A stretch of DNA of 64,000 bases, taken from positions 5,212,110 through 5,276,109 of the forward strand of contig CM082584.2 in the NCBI GenBank assembly GCA_040954595.2, in the 5' to 3' direction. Position 1 is the first letter of the stretch; every line of letters starts with the position of its first letter. Position numbers and translations under genes: made by a program. Positions 62,764 to 64,000 of the stretch are shown here, piece after piece. The stretch comes from Balanoglossus misakiensis. Lineage: Eukaryota; Animalia; Hemichordata. Below the pieces are notes generated by a model. The model had not been told where the DNA came from. It searched no databases and saw only the letters and a program-made list of their open reading frames with translations.

Positions 62764-64000
62764 TTACTGATTTGTTGCTGTTATTGACTCTCCATCATTC
62801 ATATCTGGATATTCCTCGTCCGATTCCCCTTCATCCAGAGACGTGGATTGCATTTCCGTGGGAACCATCTCTGACATACTTTCTTCTTCTATATCACTTG
62901 AACTCTCCTCGCTAACCATCATCTCATCATCCGTAACACTTTCTTGGCTTTCAATAGATTCTTCGTCCATATTTTCTAGTTCTACTATCTTTGCATCCAG
63001 ATCATCTATGGTTGTTTTCATGTCATAAGCTATCATGACTGCAATTATTGTCAACGGTTTATTGTTAAGGCTATGTATACGTAAAATGTGTTGTCCGCTG
63101 GTCACAAAGTGCGAGATGTAGTGACTAGCAATCCGTGTCCATCCCCAGTGCGTGTTGATCACTTTGTCAATTTCAAGTACATTATCAATAGTAATGCGCG
63201 CTTTTCCACATGCGGGACAGGCAATGGTTGCTATGGAAACTGTCGCTAGGAAATCGCCGTATCTTTCGATGTTGAGTTTGAAGACAATTTCTTTGTTGGC
63301 TTTTCGAGTGCCCCAAGCGGTCTTGTTTAAGAACTCCACCGTTTCTTTGATTGTGTCTGAGGGATCTTCGTCGACGTAATCTTCTCTTAGATCCCAGCCG
63401 TCTATGTATATGGGTTGGAGCTGGGTGGGGGTCTTGGCCAGGGAGGTCCAACAGTGGGGATAGGAAATGCGCGTACTGTCAAACACCGGGTCTGGAATGG
63501 TATTGGAAGCCTTGGTGATGCTGTTGATGTGTTTCAGATACTCCAATTGGTTGGACGGCTCTTGTAGCAGATTGTGAACAATTTTCAACAGCGAATCACG
63601 GAACAGATTGACGAGGAACAAGGCGACCATCGTGTGAGCTCTTCGACTGGGATGGTAGTAGTCATAAGCCGTCAGATAGTGAGATCTCCCGTGCCTGATG
63701 TCTTTGCATGTAGCATTACTCAGGTTGATAGAAGGGATTTTGTAATGCTGGCTCAGAATCCGACTGCCCATGCGTTCATTAGTGACACAGCGCTTGTGCC
63801 ACAGATTAACAGCGTTGACGAAATTCACATAGACCAGTTGTGGCTTGGAGGGTTGCTGTAGAATATAGCGAGTCAGTTCCTCCTGTGGGAATGGTCGAAG
63901 TCCCACGACGTGATCGTTGACAGCCAGCTCCCAAAGTACGACGTGCACATCTTGCAGGTCGAGATGCTGGTTGATGCAGTAGGAGTAATAGGCACTGTCT
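62764..64000 (-). CDS. SGNH/GDSL hydrolase-like protein with an acidic C-terminal tail, 5'-truncated by the window
   Basis: The frame is open from the window edge (DSAYYSYCINQHLDLQDVHVVLWELAVND) to TAA at 62764-62766. It has a block III-like ELAVND, block V DYYHPS, a beta-rich C-terminal domain and a D/E/S-rich tail. Confidence 0.7.
   Translation of the reverse strand, partial: DSAYYSYCINQHLDLQDVHVVLWELAVNDHVVGLRPFPQEELTRYILQQPSKPQLVYVNFVNAVNLWHKRCVTNERMGSRILSQHYKIPSINLSNATCKDIRHGRSHYLTAYDYYHPSRRAHTMVALFLVNLFRDSLLKIVHNLLQEPSNQLEYLKHINSITKASNTIPDPVFDSTRISYPHCWTSLAKTPTQLQPIYIDGWDLREDYVDEDPSDTIKETVEFLNKTAWGTRKANKEIVFKLNIERYGDFLATVSIATIACPACGKARITIDNVLEIDKVINTHWGWTRIASHYISHFVTSGQHILRIHSLNNKPLTIIAVMIAYDMKTTIDDLDAKIVELENMDEESIESQESVTDDEMMVSEESSSDIEEESMSEMVPTEMQSTSLDEGESDEEYPDMNDGESITATNQ

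Noticed and set aside
1-64000. CRISPR arrays, tRNA, rRNA, snoRNA or prokaryotic operons
   Set aside because: The DNA is spliceosomal eukaryotic sequence. I found no repeat-spacer array, cloverleaf or convincing C/D box pair by eye; a covariance-model scan was not possible.

Overview
Eukaryotic, AT-rich, intron-rich genomic DNA from an animal. An invertebrate (probably deuterostome) source is inferred from the vertebrate-like proteins, one RFX1/2/3-type gene, short introns and the MITE repertoire. Reading GT-AG exons by hand gives nine genes in this order: STIL (+, 5' part outside the window), CMPK1 (+), an intronless ORF derived from a Merlin/IS1595-type transposase that has lost its DDE core (+), RFX1/2/3 (-), NDC1 (-), TAX1BP3 (+), TIMM29 (-), CHERP (+) and a partial SGNH/GDSL-hydrolase-like gene (-). 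NDC1/TAX1BP3 and TIMM29/CHERP are head-to-head on short shared promoters. The main observations are: (1) the candidate domesticated, catalytically dead Merlin transposase gene; (2) a ~135-bp insertion with a 12-bp target-site duplication that carries a minimal type-I hammerhead ribozyme in the sense orientation at the branch point of an RFX intron; (3) a dense array of X-box motifs over RFX's own first exon and intron, suggesting autoregulation; and (4) several small palindromic or TIR elements, some with unusual 6-bp and 9-bp TSDs. All gene names come from recalled family motifs; no database search was run.
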